This document shows, piece by piece, positions 1 to 13,239 of a stretch of 64,000 bases of DNA (within the stretch, counting starts at the first letter, position 1; each line of letters begins with the position of its first letter). The stretch lies in contig CATNEN010000003.1 in NCBI GenBank assembly GCA_950097015.1, positions 14,012,001 through 14,076,000 on the forward strand, in the 5' to 3' direction. The notes under the pieces were generated by a model. That model saw only the letters and a list, made by a program, of their open reading frames with translations. It was not told the DNA's origin and did not search any database. The stretch is from Macrostomum hystrix (taxonomy: Eukaryota > Animalia > Platyhelminthes). The translations under genes were made by a program, and so were the position numbers.

Positions 1-727
1 GTTTATGTAATCCCAAATTTATGTGATCCCAAGTTTATGTAATCCCAAGTTTATGTAATCCCAAGTCTATGTAATCCCAAGTTTATGTGATCCCAAGTTT
101 ATGTAATCCCAAGTTTATGTAATCCCAAGTTTATGTGATCCCAAGTTTATGTGATCCCAAGTTTATGTGATCCCAAGTTTATGTAATCCCAAGTTTATGT
201 AATCCCAAGTCTATGTAATCCCAAGTTTATGTAATCCCAAGTTCATGTAATCCCAAGTTTATGTGATCCCAAGTTTATGTAATCCCAAGTTTATGTAATC
301 CCAAGTTTATGTGATCCCAAGTTTATGTAATCCCAAGTTTATGTAATCCCAAGTTTATGTAAACCCAAGTTTATGTGATCCCAAGTTTATGTAATCCCAA
401 GTTTATGTAATCCCAAGTTTATGTAATCCCAAGTTTATGTGATCCCAAGTTTATGTAATCCCAAGTTTATGTAATCCCAAATTTATGTAATCCCAAGTTT
501 ATGTGATCCTAAGTTTTATGTAATCCCAAGTTTATGTAATCCCAAGTTTATGTAATCCCAAGTTTATGTAATCCCAAGTTTATGTAATCCCAAGTTTATG
601 TAATCCCAAGTTTATGTAATCCCAAGTTTATGTGATCTCAAGTTTATGTAATCCCAAGTTTATGTGATCCCAAGTTCATGTAATCCCAAGTTTATGTAAT
701 CCCAAGTTTATGTAATCCCAAGTTCAT
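1..727. repeat. 16-bp minisatellite (GTTTATGTAATCCCAA)n, runs off the window start
   Basis: Tandem 16-mer with GTAAT/GTGAT variants read directly. Confidence 0.97.
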
Positions 728-1633
728 GATAGGGGTTTTCAAAGGACGCAAATTGATCCGAAGTCGTGACAGTGTAATGTTTGAAGCCGTGGATCACAGA
801 GCTATGAAAATGGCATTCACCAAAAATGGTAATGAATAAAGCTTCTAAATTGACATTTTCGGAAAGCAATCCGTGTCACATTGCTTGTCAAATTGTTATT
901 CCATTTTAAAATCCCATTCTTCATTGGGCAGCGAGGGATTTTAAAAAGCCAGTAAATACAAACACTGAAAGTGTTTGATTTTTCGTCAAAGTGAAATGGC
1001 CTTTTAATTTAGTGCTTGGCCTCAACTGCAGCCAAGTTTGGCGACAGTTAGTCGGCATTCGATTTCCCTTATGCTTTAGAAATTTCTCCCCAATGCCCTC
1101 TTGGTTGCCGTGTGGGGAATAAATGTCAGTGCTGGACTTGATCTTTTTCATAGACGATTCGGTATATAATGTAGGGATATGAATGGGGTCAGGTTCTTAT
1201 CAGAATTTCCAGTTCATTTCCGCAGCAGGGACACAGAAATCTTATTCCCATTTTCCCATAGATATTGTTATATGGTCTCCCTATAGAACAGCCTATAAAA
1301 TCCCAAGATGTCTTATTAGAATGTCGGATCAGAAGATTTTCATTGGCCGACTTGGCTCTACCTTTGATGTAGTGAGGATTTTAATTTACGATACGAAGGG
1401 TTTCTATGAAACTTGTAGTTCAAAGTTGATAGAGAGTAAACTTTGGCACCCTATAAGGATTCAAATGCGATAAATGGTTGTCGGTTCGGGCGAAACAATG
1501 CCATGAACTGTCAGATGGCAGTTGTAAACCGGTTCGCGTTCGCTTGATCGCTTTAGGATCGGCTCCGCGACCTCACTGGATCTCACTGGCACTTTTGCTT
1601 TGTCTACTCCTTTGTCTACTTCTCTTTTATCGT

Positions 1634-2930
1634 TGTCTACACCGCTCCCTACCTGTCTACCCTTATCTTAGTCTACTCCGCTCCCTACCTGTCTACCCTT
1701 ATCTCAGTCTATTCCGCTCCCTACCTGTCTACCCTTATCTCAGTCTACTCCGCTCCCAACCTGTCTACCCTTATCTCAGTCTACACCGCTCCCTACCTGT
1801 CTACCCTTATCTTAGTCTACTCCGCTCCCTACCTGTCTACCCTTATCTCAGTCTATTCCGCTCCCTACCTGTCTACCTTTATCTTAGTCTACTCCGCTCC
1901 CAACCTGTCTACCCTTATCTCAGTCTACTCCGCTCCCAACCTGTCTACCTTTATCTTAGTCTACTCCGCTCCCTACCTGTCTACCCTTATCTCAGTCTAC
2001 TCCGCTCCCTACCTGTCCACCCTTATCTTAGTCTACTCCGCTCCCTACCTGTCTACCCTTATCTTAGTATATTCCGCTCCCTACCTGTCTACCCTTATCT
2101 TAGTCTACTCCGCTCCCTACCTGTCTACCCTTATCTCAGTCTACTCCGCTCCCTACCTGTCTACCCTTATCTCAGTCTACTCCGCTCCCTACCTGTCTAC
2201 CCTTATCTTAGTCTACTCCGCTCCCTACCTGTCTACCCTTATCTTAGTCTACTCCGCTCCCTACCTGTCTACCCTTATCTTAGTCTACTCCGCTCCCTAC
2301 CTGTCTACCCTTATCTCAGTCTACTCCGCTCCCTACCTGTCTACCCTTATCTCAGTCTACACCGCTCCCTACCTGTCTACCTTTATCTTAGTCTACTCCG
2401 CTCCCTACCTGTCTACCCTTATCTTAGTCTATTCCGCTCCCTACCTGTCCACCCTTATCTTAGTCTATTCCGCTCCCTACCTGTCCACCCTTATCTCAGT
2501 CTACACCGCTCCCTACCTGTCTACCCTTATCTTAGTCTACTCCGCTCCCTACCTGTCTACCCTTATCTCAGTCTATTCCGCTCCCTACCTGTCTACCTTT
2601 ATCTTAGTCTACTCCGCTCCCAACCTGTCTACCCTTATCTCAGTCTACACCGCTCCCTACCTGTCTACCCTTATCTTAGTCTACTCCGCTCCCTACCTGT
2701 CTACCCTTATCTCAGTCTATTCCGCTCCCTACCTGTCTACCTTTATCTTAGTCTACTCCGCTCCCTACCTGTCTACCCTTATCTTAGTCTACTCCGCTCC
2801 CTACCTGTCTACCCTTATCTCAGTCTACACCGCTCCCTACCTGTCTACCCTTATCTCAGTCTTCACCGCTCCCTACCTGTCTACCCTTATCTTAGTCTAC
2901 TCCGCTCCCTACCTGTCTACCCTTATCACA
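1634..2930. repeat. 36-bp minisatellite (CGCTCCCTACCTGTCTACCCTTATCTTAGTCTACTC)n
   Basis: About 36 near-perfect copies. Explains the RSLPVYPYLSLL-repeat ORF at 1478-3055. Confidence 0.96.
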
Positions 2931-3699
2931 GTCATTTCCGCTGCCAACCACACCGAATTTCACCATCTGTCCTAGTTCTGTCATATGCAATCAATCCAGC
3001 ATACAATTCCGCATTGCATCTATTTCGCATAGTTTTGCATAGCAAACTAACCTAATGGTGTTCAGGAATAGGAAGTATTTCAACCACCTGTCCGCTATAG
3101 TCGAGGCTACGCGGAAATCTCGTGAAAAGGCAGAATTCTCAATGGCGCCTCATTGTCCCGGAAAATTCTGTGAATCACTAGGACCCGAACTTATAAAGGC
3201 CTCATTCTATCACCGTCACTGGTTGTTTATGACAGCGTGGGGTACCGACGAAGACTGGGTGGGGGGGGGAGAATATTTGATTATATTTTAGAAAACGGTC
3301 CCCAAATCGGAACAATGTAACAGAATGGGCGAGAGATTAAAACCAAAATGTCAGCACAGAAGACCAGAAGAAACACTTTTTTCTGCTTCGCGAACCTGTT
3401 CCGAGAAACTGGGCAGGTCAGATTTTGCTGCGGTCTGACCGAAAACACATCGCCTCGCCTCTGTAGGCATGGTCTAGATTTAGTTTATGTATAAAAGGGG
3501 GATGGCAAACTATGGCTACCAATACCAGGAGTTTTTCTTTGATAGACAGAGATTTCAGACACCCAGCAGCTTGGCGCCACGTGGTAAGAAATAATAAACA
3601 ACAGGTGGTTTGGCTAAAGCGCCATCTAAGGTTAAAGATAACTAACTCTACTCTTTTAGTGCGGTTACTGTTGCCAACGATGGCGAAATGTCAAGCATC

Positions 3700-3700
<1 letters not shown>

Positions 3701-3772
<72 letters not shown>

Positions 3773-3803
3773 CTACTACTGCTGCTGTTGGTCTTATTTC
3801 TGT

Positions 3804-3838
<35 letters not shown>

Positions 3839-3908
3839 GTCTTATTTCTGTTGCTGCTGCTGCTGCTGCTACTGCTTCTACTACTGCTGCTGTTGGTCTT
3901 ATTTCTGT

Positions 3909-3943
<35 letters not shown>

Positions 3944-4067
3944 GTCTTATTTCTGTTTCTGCTGCTGCTTCTACTACTGCTACTGCTGCTGATGTTGGTC
4001 TTATTTCTGTTGCTGCTGCTGCTGCTGCTACTGCTTCTACTACTGCTGCTGTTGGTCTTATTTCTGT

Positions 4068-4102
<35 letters not shown>

Positions 4103-4169
4103 GTCTTATTTCTGTTTCTGCTGCTGCTTCTACTACTGCTACTGCTGCTGATGTTGGTCTTATTTCTGT

Positions 4170-4234
<65 letters not shown>

Positions 4235-4440
4235 GTCTTATTTCTGTTGCTGCTGCTGCTTCTAATACTGCTACTGCTGCTGCTGTTGGTCTTTTTTCTG
4301 TTGCTGCTGCTGCTGATGTTGGTCTTATTTCTGTTGCTGCTGCTGCTGTTGCTGCTACTGCTGCTGCTACTGCTGCTGCTACTGCTGCTGCTACTTATGC
4401 TTCTACTGCTGCTGCTGCTGCTACTGCTGTTGCTACTGCT
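3701..4440. repeat. (CTG)n microsatellite punctuated by GTTGGTCTTATTTCTGTT
   Basis: Read directly. Gives poly-L, poly-A and poly-S ORFs in three frames. Confidence 0.96.
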
Positions 4441-4524
4441 GATAATGATAGTAATATTTGCAGGAGGGCTGCGGGCCATGGCTAATGATCAGGTGATACT
4501 TAACACGCAGCCAGCAATTCGGCA

Positions 4525-4803
4525 TATTTCGCTGACTCCTGAGCACACACGCACACAGATACCGTACGCAAGCTTATACTTTCACAGGCGTGTACATCTG
4601 CCCTGACTTTTTCATCGTCAGTGTACACTTTCACTGCTCCCTGGAGGTTGGCCCTCAATGGGTTAAATTGTACTCGTACAACAAGCCCCCAAATACCCTG
4701 TACGCGGCTGCGCCCCAAATAAATGTGGTCTCGCCGTGGAATCGAGCTCAGGGACCTTTTTAGGCTCCCAACTCTACTATTCCCAGCTAGACCAAGCGAG
4801 CCA
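4525..4803 (-). mobile_element. tRNA-derived SINE, copy 1
   Basis: On the minus strand: A-box-like TGGCTCGCTTGG, B-box-like AAGGTCCCTGAGCTCGATTCC, then a body (AAAGTCAGGG..ATGTACAC..GCCTGTGA..TGTGTGCTCAGGAGTCAGCGAAA) shared with 34797-35007 on the plus strand. Confidence 0.72.
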
Positions 4804-5984
4804 TATGTATAGCTATCATAGAAGTCCCCAGGGCTGTGTGCACAAACTTCGCTCTGTTATTCATTTCTGTTCAGAAAGGCAGACGCAAATCTGGCGCGAA
4901 CTTTCTCTTCATTCGGTCTGAGTTATCCCTTGAATCTGCCCCCGCATTCCTTCCCCCCCCGGCCTCTATTTTCTCTTCCTCATCTTGCTCGCATTTTGTA
5001 TCGTGTAATCCCATCAGGCTCCCCTGTAATCCCAAGCTGAGGAGGAGCGAGTGAGGGATCTTGACAGAGTGTTACAGACTGGAGTGTGCAATGCTCTTCA
5101 ACACACAAAGCTGGCGAAAATCTACCACGGTGTCCGATAATTAGGTTGCTGTTGTTGCTAGTAGACCTTAGTGCCTCTAATGAACACACATTGGAAGTAT
5201 AATAAAGAATAAGCTATATAGAGATTGAAAATATTGGCACTTTTATTCCAATGATTTAAACTAGATGATTGTGGATTCTAGACTTTGGGTTGAGAAAAAG
5301 GATTCCTCTCTACGTCGGGGATTCGATTACCGACTGAACTATAACAAATTGCTTCATTTTACCCAGCTGTTTAAATGGGTACCAGTCCCTGGACTGAACA
5401 GCCGTACGCTGTTAGCAATTAGCAAATTATTTGTTTTAACTAGCTTAGTTCAAATGGCACAACTTGTTCTAGACAATCAGTCTATGTTTTGTTAGTTAAG
5501 CACAATTTTCCTATCTGAATAATTAATTATTTAACTGCATTACCACCTTATGTTAATAACATACTCGTAATAACCTAATGTTTAACATACGGCTAAATCA
5601 ATACAACAAGATTCATCAGTTCAGGCGAAGTTGCATTGTACAGGTGAGCAAACTAATGTAAAAAGCCTTACACTTCACAATGAGTTTGCTTAGTTGCAGC
5701 CACTAATTCACTCAAATTATATATAGACTCATTTTAAATGGCAGTTTTTTTAGTTAGAGACAGTAAGACCTAAAAGCACATTTACGTCTGCTCAAAATGT
5801 ATAGTTAATGAGAAGTTTAGACTCAAAGTAGTATACGCCATGTTATGTAGGGATTATACTCGAATATAAAAGACTGAACGTTTGGAAACATCAATTAGAC
5901 TCTTTGTCTGATCTTTTGATCTCATCTTTTCTTGCTCTGGCCACTAAAACTGGTTTGATGGATTGGTGTAAAACCAACAAATGC

Positions 5985-7209
5985 CTCTCTCCACCCTATT
6001 CCTCTCTCTCTATACCCTATTCCTCTCTCACTATACCATATTCCTCTCTCACTATACCCTATTCCTCTCTCTCTATACCCTATTCCTCTCTCTATATACC
6101 CTATTCCTCTCTCTCTATACCCTATTCCTCTATCTCTATACCCTATTCCTCTATCTCTATACCCTATTCATCTCTCTCTATACCCTACTCCTCTCTCTCT
6201 ATACCCTATTCCTCTCTCTCTATACCCTATTCCTCTCTCTCTATACCCTATTCCTCTCTCTCTATACCCTATTCCTCTCTCTCTCCACCCTATTCCTCTC
6301 TCTCTATACCCTATTCCTCTCTCTCTATACCCTATTCCTCTCTCTCTATACCCTATTCCTCTCTCTCTATACCCTATTCCTCTCTCTCTATACCCTATTC
6401 ATCTCTCTATACCCTATTCCTCTCTCTATACCCTATTCCTCTCTCTCTATACCCTATTCCTCTCTCTCTATACCCTATTCCTCTCTCTCTATACCCTATT
6501 CCTCTCTCTATACCCTATTCCTCTCTCTCTATACCCTATTCCTCTCTCTCTCCACCCTATTCCTCTCTCACTATACCCTATTCCTCTCTCTCTCCACCCT
6601 ATTCCTCTCTCTATACCCTATTCCTCTCTCTATACCCTATTCCTCTCTCTCTATACCCTATTCCTCTCTCTCTCCACCCTATTCCTCTCTCACTATACCC
6701 TATTCCTCTCTCTCTATACCCTATTCCTCTCTCTCTCTATACCCTATTCCTCTCTCTCTATACCCTATTCCTCTCTCTCTATACCCTATTCCTCTCTCTC
6801 TATACCCTATTCCTCTCTCTATACCCTATTCCTCTCTCTATACCCTATTCCTCTCTCTATACCCTATTCCTCTCTCTCTATACCCTATTCCTCTCTCTCT
6901 ATACCCTATTCCTCTCTCTATACCCTATTCCTCTCTCTATACCCTATTCCTCTCTCTCTATACCCTATTCCTCTCTCTCTCTATACCCTATTCCTCTCTC
7001 TCTATACCCTATTCCTCTCTCTCTATACCCTATTCCTCTCTCTCTATACCCTATTCCTCTCTCTATACCCTATTCCTCTCTCTATACCCTATTCCTCTCT
7101 CTATACCCTATTCCTCTCTCTCTATACCCTATTCCTCTCTCTCTATACCCTATTCCTCTCTCTATACCCTATTCCTCTCTCTATACCCTATTCCTCTCTC
7201 TCTATACCC
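5985..7209. repeat. CT-rich minisatellite (ATACCCTATTC(CT)n), 19-23 bp units
   Basis: Read directly. Confidence 0.96.
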
Positions 7210-7681
7210 ATATTTTATTATACAGGTACTTAAAATCATTCAGGTATGTGTTTTATCAAATCATGATGAAATGTAAAACGAAGTTCATCATCAAACTGAA
7301 ATTACATTAAATTCAACAAATTTGAACCCCCCTGCCGCCTAGGATCTCTATGATCAGAAAACGGCTTCGAGCTATTAACTTTGTTTACATTTTTGTCAAA
7401 AATCCATAAATAGTTCATAAATAAGTGTTCAAATGTATCGTTCATTGTAAAGCTAGTTATAGTGGGGTTAAAGTTTGGAAATAACTGTGTTCCTGTCGTC
7501 AATTCTTGATGTCACTTCACTAATTTTTGGACATGGCATTATTACGAGCAAATTTACGTAAATAGATCGTAGTTTTTTTGGCGCCGAAGTTGCATCGTAA
7601 TACCAACCCTTTCCGGTTAAGCGTGTTAGTGTGACTTCATTGTGAAAATTCAAAAGTTTTCAAATTAAAACGTCTTCATGT

Positions 7682-7891
7682 CGCATTATGTGTGACTATA
7701 TAACATTTTGTGGCTCCAATGTGTGCCCGTATTTTCCTAGTTGCTCCAATGCGTTGTCAAATGACTGTGGATCTCACGCACGTGTCCGCATTATGTGTGA
7801 CTATATAACATTTTGTGGCTCCAATTTGTGCCCGTATTTTCCTAGTTGCTCCAATGCGTTGTCAAATGACTGTGGATCTCACGCACGTGTC
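7682..7891. repeat. 105-bp direct tandem duplication (2 copies)
   Basis: CGCATTATGTGTGACTATATAAC...CACGCACGTGTC at about 7682 and again at about 7787, with one visible mismatch. Confidence 0.92.
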
Positions 7892-7914
7892 AGCTATTAC
7901 TCACAGCCATAGCG

Positions 7915-10890
7915 AAGAGAGAGGAAAGAGGGGAAGGGAGAGGGGAGAAAAGAGGAGAAAGGGGAGAGGATAGGGAGAGAAGAGAGAGGAGAGAAGAGAG
8001 GAGAGAAGAGAGGGAGAGAGTGGAGGGGAGAGCACTTCCAATCCCAGGCACTGACGCGGTAAAGAGTTAAAGCTGACTTTAATTTTCATTCTGCCGATAT
8101 TTCGAATTAAAAATTCTTCGTCAGGGCAGAAAAGAGGAGAGGAGAAAGGGGAGAGAAGAGGGGAGGGAAGAGAGAGGAGAGAGGAGAGAAGAGAAGAGGG
8201 AAGAGAAGAGAGAGGAGAGAGGAGAGGGGATAATAGAGGAGAGAAGAAAGGAGAGGGGAGAGGAGATAATAGAGGAGAGAAGAAAGGAGAGGGGAGAGGA
8301 GATAATAGAGGAGAGAGAAAGGAGAGAAGAGAAGAGAGAGGAGAGGAGTGAGGAGAGAGGAGAGGGGATAATAGAGGAGAGAAGAAAGGAGAGAAGAGAA
8401 GAGATAATAGAGGAGAGAAGAAAGGAGAGGGGAGAGGAGATAATAGAGGAGAGAAGAAAGGAGAGAAGAGAAGAGAGAGGAGAGGAGTGAGGAGAGAGGA
8501 GAGGGGATAATAGAGGAGAGAAGAAAGGAGAGAAGAGAAGAGAGAGGAGAAGAGAGAGGAGAGAGGAGAGGGGATAATAGAGGAGAGAAGAAAGGAGAGA
8601 AGAGAAGAGAGAGGAGAGGAGTGAGGAGAGAGGAGAGGGGATAATAGAGGAGAGAAGAAAGGAGAGAAGAGAAGAGAGAGGAGAGGAGAGAGGAGAGAGG
8701 AGAGGGGATAATAGAGGAGAGAAGAAAGGAGAGGGGAGAGGAGATAATAGAGGAGAGAGAAAGGAGAGGGGAGAGGAGATAATAGAGGAGAGAAGAAAGG
8801 AGATGGGAGAGGAGATAATAGAGGAGAGAGAAAGGAGAGGGGAGAGGAGATAATAGAGGAGAGAAGAAAGGAGAGGGGAGAGGAGATAATAGAGGAGAGA
8901 AGAAAGGAGAGGGGAGAGGAGATAATAGAGGAGAGAAGAAAGGAGAGGGGAGAGGAGATAATAGAGGAGAGAAGAAAGGAGAGGGGAGAGGAGATAATAG
9001 AGGAGAGAAGAAAGGAGAGAAGAGAAGAGAGAGGAGAGGAGTGAGGAGAGAGGGGAGGGGATAATAGAGGAGAGAAGAAAGGAGAGAAGAGAAGAGAGAG
9101 GAGAAGAGAGAGGAGAGAGGAGAGGGGATAATAGAGGAGAGAAGAAAGGAGAGAAGAGAAGAGAGAGGAGAGGAGTGAGGAGAGAGGAGAGGGGATAATA
9201 GAGGAGAGAAGAAAGGAGAGAAGAGAAGAGAGAGGAGAGGAGAGAGGAGAGAGGAGAGGGGATAATAGAGGAGAGAAGAAAGGAGAGGGGAGAGGAGATA
9301 ATAGAGGAGAGAGAAAGGAGAGGGAAGAGGAGATAATAGAGGAGAGAAGAAAGGAGAGGGGAGAGGAGATAATAGAGGAGAGAGAAAGGAGAGGGGAGAG
9401 GAGATAATAGAGGAGAGAGAAAGGAGAGGGGAGAGGAGATAATAGAGGAGAGAAGAAAGGAGAGGGGAGAGGAGATAATAGAGGAGAGAAGAAAGGAGAG
9501 GGGAGAGGAGATAATAGAGGAGAGAAGAAAGGAGAGGGGAGAGGAGATAATAGAGGAGAGAAGAAAGGAGAGAAGAGAAGAGAGAGGAGAGGAGAGAGGA
9601 GAGAGGAGAGGGGATAATAGAGGAGAGAAGAAAGGAGAGGGGAGAGGAGATAATAGAGGAGAGAGAAAGGAGAGGGGAGAGGAGATAATAGAGGAGAGAA
9701 GAAAGGAGAGGGGAGAGGAGATAATAGAGGAGAGAGAAAGGAGAGAAGAGAAGAGAGAGGAGAGGAGAGAGGAGAGAGGAGAGGGGATAATAGAGGAGAG
9801 AAGAAAGGAGAGGGGAGAGGAGATAATAGAGGAGAGAGAAAGGAGAGGGGAGAGGAGATAATAGAGGAGAGAGAAAGGAGAGGGAAGAGGAGATAATAGA
9901 GGAGAGAGAAAGGAGAGGGGAGAGGAGATAATAGAGGAGAGAAGAAAGGAGAGGGGAGAGGAGATAATAGAGGAGAGAGAAAGGAGAGGGGAGAGGAGAT
10001 AATAGAGGAGAGAGAAAGGAGAGGGGAGAGGAGATAATAGAGGAGAGAAGAAAGGAGAGGGGAGAGGAGATAATAGAGGAGAGAAGAAAGGAGAGAAGAG
10101 AAGAGAGAGGAGAGGAGAGAGGAGAGAGGAGAGGGGATAATAGAGGAGAGAAGAAAGGAGAGGGGAGAGGAGATAATAGAGGAGAGAGAAAGGAGAGGGG
10201 AGAGGAGATAATAGAGGAGAGAAGAAAGGAGAGGGGAGAGGAGATAATAGAGGAGAGAGAAAGGAGAGGGGAGAGGAGATAATAGAGGAGAGAGAAAGGA
10301 GAGGGGAGAGGAGATAATAGAGGAGAGAAGAAAGGAGAGGGGAGAGGAGATAATAGAGGAGAGAGAAAGGAGAGGGGAGAGGAGATAATAGAGGAGAGAG
10401 AAAGGAGAGGGGAGAGGAGATAATAGAGGAGAGAGAAAGGAGAGGGGAGAGGAGATAATAGAGGAGAGAAGAAAGGAGAGGGGAGAGGAGATAATAGAGG
10501 AGAGAGAAAGGAGAGGGGAGAGGAGATAATAGAGGAGAGAAGAAAGGAGAGGGGAGAGGAGATAATAGAGGAGAGAGAAAGGAGAGAAGAGAAGAGAGAG
10601 GAGAGAAGAGAGAGGAGAGGAGAGGGGATAATAGAGGAGAGAAGAGAGGAGAGGAGAGAAGAGAAGAGAGAGGAGAGAAGAGGGGATAATAGAGGAGAGA
10701 AGAAAGGAGAGGAGATAAGAGAAGAGAGAGGAGAGAAGAGGGGAGAGGAGAGAAGAGAAGAGAGAGGAGAGAAGAAAGGAGAGGAGAGAAGAGAAGAGAG
10801 AGGAGAGAAGAAAGGAGAGGGGAGAGAAGAGAAGAGAGAGGAGAGAAGAGAGGAGAGAGGAGCGGGATAAGAGAGTAGAGAGGAGAGATG
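7915..10890. repeat. Polypurine satellite (GGAGATAATAGAGGAGAGAAGAAAGGAGAGGGGAGA-type units), interrupted by a unique island at about 8032-8135
   Basis: Almost pure G/A with a recurring GATAATAG spacer. Confidence 0.95.
8089..8131 (-). ncRNA. Minimal type I hammerhead ribozyme (Penelope-like element type)
   Basis: Minus strand reads UUCUGCC-CUGACGA-A-GAAUU(UUU)AAUUC-GAAA-UA-UC-GGCAGAA. It has a perfect 7-bp stem I, CUGANGA core, 5-bp stem II, GAAA, a vestigial stem III and an AUC cleavage triplet. Confidence 0.8.
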
Positions 10891-13239
10891 ATAATAAAAG
10901 GAACAAGTAGGCTATAGTTAAGCAAAATAAACTAAATTGCCCCATCAATTAGTTACAATCATTCAATTCATTATATTAAAAAAAACATGGAACAAAAAAT
11001 TGTAGGCTTTGGATTTGAGTCAGTTTTGGATTAGAAACTACAAAAACTTTTCTGTTTTAGCAAACGCTGAATGGCCACCATTGGGTGAGTCACAAGCGAT
11101 CATGCGGTCCGCACGGTAACACCCCAGTGTCTGATTTAACACCGCTAGGGCCTTTGCAGTCCATGCAAAACTCACACACACACACACACTCATAACGGAA
11201 GGCCACATAGAGACCAAGACCCACAAACTTCAAACACTTTAACAGTCAAACGCTTATATGGAGGTGCCATCGAGAATTTATTGCCCTGGCTTTGCTTAAA
11301 AAAAAGAGGCCCCTAGAGACAGCAAGCAAAGGATTTTCGGATTTTAAAGTACTGACTATACAAGAGGTCTTTGGATTTTGTGTAATTTAGATTCTTAATC
11401 TTCTCTTCTCCCACACGCAAAACTTGTCTCTTTGTCTTTGCATATCTGCGACACCAATTCTTGTTGGCGTTTTCTTCTAACAAAGACATTTTTTCTCTAT
11501 TCTTCTGCCTTTGTAAGGCCAAGAAAAAAAATAAAAAGAGCGATGTGGTGTGAAGATGACATTGCAAAAAGATGCAACCGCTATAGGCTTGCAAAGCTTT
11601 CTTGGATTGGTGTCACCGATGGGGAAAAAGGATTTCCCTGGCCTCGCGGAATGATTTATTTGCTGCTTTTTTCGCGTTCTGTTAAAACTTTTGCTTTTCA
11701 TATTGAGTGTGTAATTACTATACTGTCTATCTTAAAAAACTGCTTGGATACACGTTTTTTATGACACTTCTGAACCTTAGACAATGGCCTTTCGTCTATT
11801 TTCATACCAAACACACAATACACAACCTCTATATAGCGCGCAGCGATGGGATAAATATCCCATTTTATAACACCTGGCAGTGACGCCACCCAACGGATTT
11901 AGAGAATGAGTAACAGGTCGGATACAGCAAGTAATACTGCATGCATGTTTTCTTAACAGGAAGCAAGTTTAAGGAAGCAAAGAATCTATAGGCAAGGAAT
12001 CCCAGATGTCTAAATAGGCGGCCAAAATATGACAATGTTTTCCTCCCTATTAGGACCAGGTGCAATTTTCTTCTACCAAAATGGCGGCTAATACGAGCCC
12101 CCCCCTATGAGTCACTGCAAAGTGTGTAAAACTGGCACACGGTAGAAAGTGGGAATTTAGCTATAACATGGATTTAGTTGGTTAGTTGGCGCCGTTAAGT
12201 CTAGAACAAGTTACACACACACACACACACAAATCACTACGCAATCCGTTTTTGCATTTTTGTCTATAAAAGTGTGGCATTTAAAGCTGAACTTATAGGC
12301 CTTAGATACGGATGAATAGGGCATCAAATTCGCTAGATAATTTTGTCCTGCTAGTCCTGATAGTTATGACATTTTATTTGCCAAACTCATTTGTCTAACA
12401 AATTGACATTTTTAGTTAGTTAGATAAGAATTGTGCAATTCAGTTGTGTGACAAAGCTTTCCTATAGATTTTCCTGGATTTCGCGGAAATGATAGATGCA
12501 CTGCATCAAAAAAGCAAGAACGAGGTTGAAAAGTTCATAGTAGGACAACCATTTTGGTATCATTTTTGGCAGCACTTGACTGCTAGCAGCGTTGGCTGGT
12601 GACTGATTGGTTGACAGACTAGGCGAGGGTGACCTGTGGTTGAGCTGCGCCTAATAATTTAGGCTTGATCAGTGAAATCGGAGAAATTCACGTCAGGGTG
12701 TCCATAGTTAGCCAATTTTCACCTGTTGTAGCCCTTGAAGGTCCAGCAAATCTGTCTAGATAAAGGTAGGTGACCACCGAAGAGGGACATGATGCAGGCA
12801 CATTCGGGTGACATGCTGATCAATTAGGTGCATAAAGAGCTGGCGACTTGATTATTATTTCAGAAGATACGCGTAATTGTTCCGTTGTCAAGGGAGACCC
12901 CAACTAAGCTTCTTAGGATTTGACTTTTAATCATGTTATTATCCTTGCACAGATTTCTAGTAGATTTAATCTCGTTGATTAAAGACTACATTGTCGCACT
13001 TCCTGCTTTACTGGCGTCCGTGTGTGAGTGCTAAAAATCTTATAGACTAAGAATTTCTGATGAAAATTAAAACGAAACTCACAGTCACAGGGAATGACTC
13101 TAATTAGACCTAGTCATGTTGTAGAAACATGCCATGCAGATATGAGATTCTGATTAGGCCTAATTTTGATTAGATTCAAAGCAATGGTTAACCACCCCTT
13201 CTACACATCGCTCTTCTAACCTTCTCTTCATCGTCCATT

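Noticed and set aside
1478-10948. Long ORFs at 1478, 3512, 3688, 3691, 5904, 5981, 7901 and 8121
   Set aside because: All are translations of simple or tandem repeats, mostly with non-ATG starts and overlapping frames.
13055-13090. CTGATGA...GAAAC as a second hammerhead
   Set aside because: The intervening AAATTAAAAC cannot form stem II and no stem I pairing was found.
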